From Folioceros fuciformis (taxonomy: Eukaryota), in NCBI GenBank assembly GCA_049999805.1, contig JBNGIO010006406.1, positions 161,129 through 225,128 on the forward strand: DNA of 64,000 nucleotides, given 5' to 3'. Below, one piece after another: positions 62,041 through 64,000 of this stretch. Made by a program: the position numbers and the translations under genes. Position 1 is the first letter of the stretch. Each line of letters starts with the position of its first letter. The notes under the pieces are model-generated. The model made no database searches. It saw nothing but the letters and a program-made list of their open reading frames with translations, and was not told where the DNA came from.

Positions 62041-63898
62041 AGGCAACAGGACGGGCCGAGGCAAGCAGCGAGTGCTCAGCGAGAGAGAGAAGGGACCGCA
62101 GAAGCCGGAGCACGAGGAGGAGATTGGCAGGATGAGGTCATGTCCTGAACTGCTGCCTGGAGTACCAGAGCAGGAGGGGGAACCTCCTGTCCCCCGGATT
62201 GATCTACTCTTGTGGCCCAACATGGAGCACTGGAGGGTCAGAGCAGGAGGGTTGGTGGATGAATTGGGTCTGGGTTTCATGACCCAGAAGTGGAACCACA
62301 CGGCGCCACAGTTGGTCAGGGAGTGCGCCCTAAGGTTGAGGAAACCTGTCCGTGAGAAAGGGATCAGAGGTAGACCGCAGGGGTGGAATCTGGAGCTAGT
62401 AAGGAGGGTGTATGGCCGTGACCAGCGAGAAGAGGGAGGATTGGTGCTAGAGTCCCTGAGGAAACGGGGGGGTACGTGAGATGCTAAAGGACTGCTCAAA
62501 CCAGGCACAAAGAAGGAGGCTAACGGATGGTTGGTTCGCGACATGGCGAGCCCGCAGCTGATGGGTCTGGCCAGGTGGTTTCTTAGCTTTCTCCAGGTTC
62601 GTAAACAGGATTATCTGTCTGACCAGATGCTCCTGTTTGTGCATGAGGTAGTGAAGGGGACCAGGATTGATTGGGGAAAAATTCTGTATGCCAGGATGGA
62701 CGAGGAGAGGCAGAATTTGACCCTGTCCTCTCCTCAGCCCTCGATGATTTCCCCGTTTCTAGTGCATATTTATAGTTATGCTAACCTGGTGTCGGAACTG
62801 GAGGTGTTGGCTTCACTGCACATGTGGAGGCCAATCAGGGATGTAAAATGGAAGCCTGCTGAGCCAGTGAAGGCTGACTCCAGCAGTTGGGAGTCGGGGA
62901 GTGGGGACAGCTCGGAGGGGAAGGTCCTTGTCAGGCCTAAGAAGAGGACAGCGGCTTAGGGGAAGACCCTTGCCAAGAGGAGATGGGTCAGCGGGCAGAG
63001 CACGAGAGGAGGGAGTAGGCCAGAGACATCGGAGACAGCCCTGGAGCAAACCGAAGGTCAGACAGAGGAGCAGGCTGTAGAAGAACAGGAGGTAGAATAG
63101 GAGCTCGCTAATCAGGGGGTTATGGATCAAGGACTGGAAGAGCAGGGGCAGGATGAAGTAGGGCTGGAGGGGTCTCAAGAGCAGACATTAGCCGCTGAGT
63201 TAATTCCTCCCAGGCATGAGAGCAAATTAGGGCACGATTCGGCGCAAGGAGCTTTTTCCGGATGGGAGGAAATCTTCAGGAGCATTCCTCAAAAGGATAG
63301 GCTGCAAGTGGGAGACCTAGAGAAGCTGAGGGAGTTTCTGGGCAAGCAGATTACGGCAAGGGGGATGACAGTTGGAAAGGCGCAGGAGGTGACTGCCGCA
63401 ATGGTACAGGCCCAAGCAGATCTCCTGGACCAGGTTGCTAGGGCACTGACCTGGTTGAGTGTGCAGGCAGAACGAGAAGCCGAGGCCCGAGGGAAAGAAG
63501 CAGAGGCATACCGGAAGGAGGCTGAAGCTCGGAGGCTACTGGCAGAATCAGAGACGGTGCAGCAGCAACTGGAGGAGAGACAACGAGTCCTGGATAAAGA
63601 GAGGGCACAGGCTGAGGAAGAGGTACGCCAGGCGAAGGTCGAGGTCCAAGCGCTAAGGGAGCAACAAGGGATCCTACTAGCTCAGGTAAGGGAGGCCCAT
63701 GAGATTAACTTGGAGATACAGCAGGAGATGGCCAAGGCGCAACAGCTGGAAATAGCAGTAGTGGAACAGGCCCAGAAGCTGGCTGACAGGTATAAGCGGG
63801 AGCAAGACGAAGCCAGAGAGAGAGTGAAAGGGAAGGGTAAGGTAGGGCGCCCAAGTCAAACGGCGACCCCGGTATCTGAAGAGGCTACCGGTAGTTGA
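62041..63898 (+). mobile_element. Broken long ORF, probably a retrotransposon accessory ORF (Ty3 Tat/Ogre-like) with a coiled-coil C-terminus
   Basis: ORFs 62072-62479, 62531-62959 and 63122-63898 share one frame and are separated by isolated stops. There are no introns, an IDWGKIL...FLVHIY segment, an acidic linker and a long coiled coil. The flanking 59.6-61.9 kb looks like decayed coding DNA. The family call is from resemblance only. Confidence 0.5.
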
Positions 63899-64000
63899 GT
63901 AGGGGAACCGGTAATCGAGTGGACTATCGGTAGCCCGGCTGAGCCCAAAGTAGCCGAGGGACCAGCCTTGGGAACCAAGGAAGAAATAGCGAAGGCGCCT

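Noticed and set aside
62477-62959. Stop codons repaired by U-to-C RNA editing or read-through
   Set aside because: Reverse editing is known for organellar transcripts, not nuclear TE-like ORFs; mutational decay is the simpler explanation.

Overview
This is eukaryotic nuclear DNA from a gene-dense land plant with short (mostly about 80-150 nt) GT-AG introns. The compact genes, CYCLOPS and a bryophyte-like plastid atpE fragment point to a non-seed plant, plausibly a hornwort; this is an inference. The first 47 kb holds 13 intact genes: a choline transporter-like gene (CTL1/CHER1), a SpoU methyltransferase, a CPRD49/IAH1-like SGNH esterase, two tandem secreted EG45/PNP-like genes, an intronless CENP-O, the symbiosis transcription factor CYCLOPS/IPD3, a photolyase-N/alpha-beta-hydrolase fusion head-to-head with an FNR-like plastid protein, a secretory cyclophilin, PIEZO, an LRR-malectin non-RD receptor kinase and DDRGK1. 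From 47 to 64 kb the sequence is mostly decayed: an inverted kinase pseudogene, a non-LTR retroelement interrupted by a mosaic of tiny organellar fragments, 43-bp and 34-bp tandem arrays, a PPR pseudogene and a TE-like broken ORF. It also holds one intact, shortened PUX10-like UBX gene. Two observations stand out. (1) One cyclophilin gene carries two alternative last exons that resemble the C-termini of two different angiosperm cyclophilin paralogs. (2) An in-frame coiled-coil exon ending in a stop lies in the long intron between the TM and kinase exons of the receptor kinase, predicting a kinase-less isoform. Family assignments are from recalled motifs; no database search was run.
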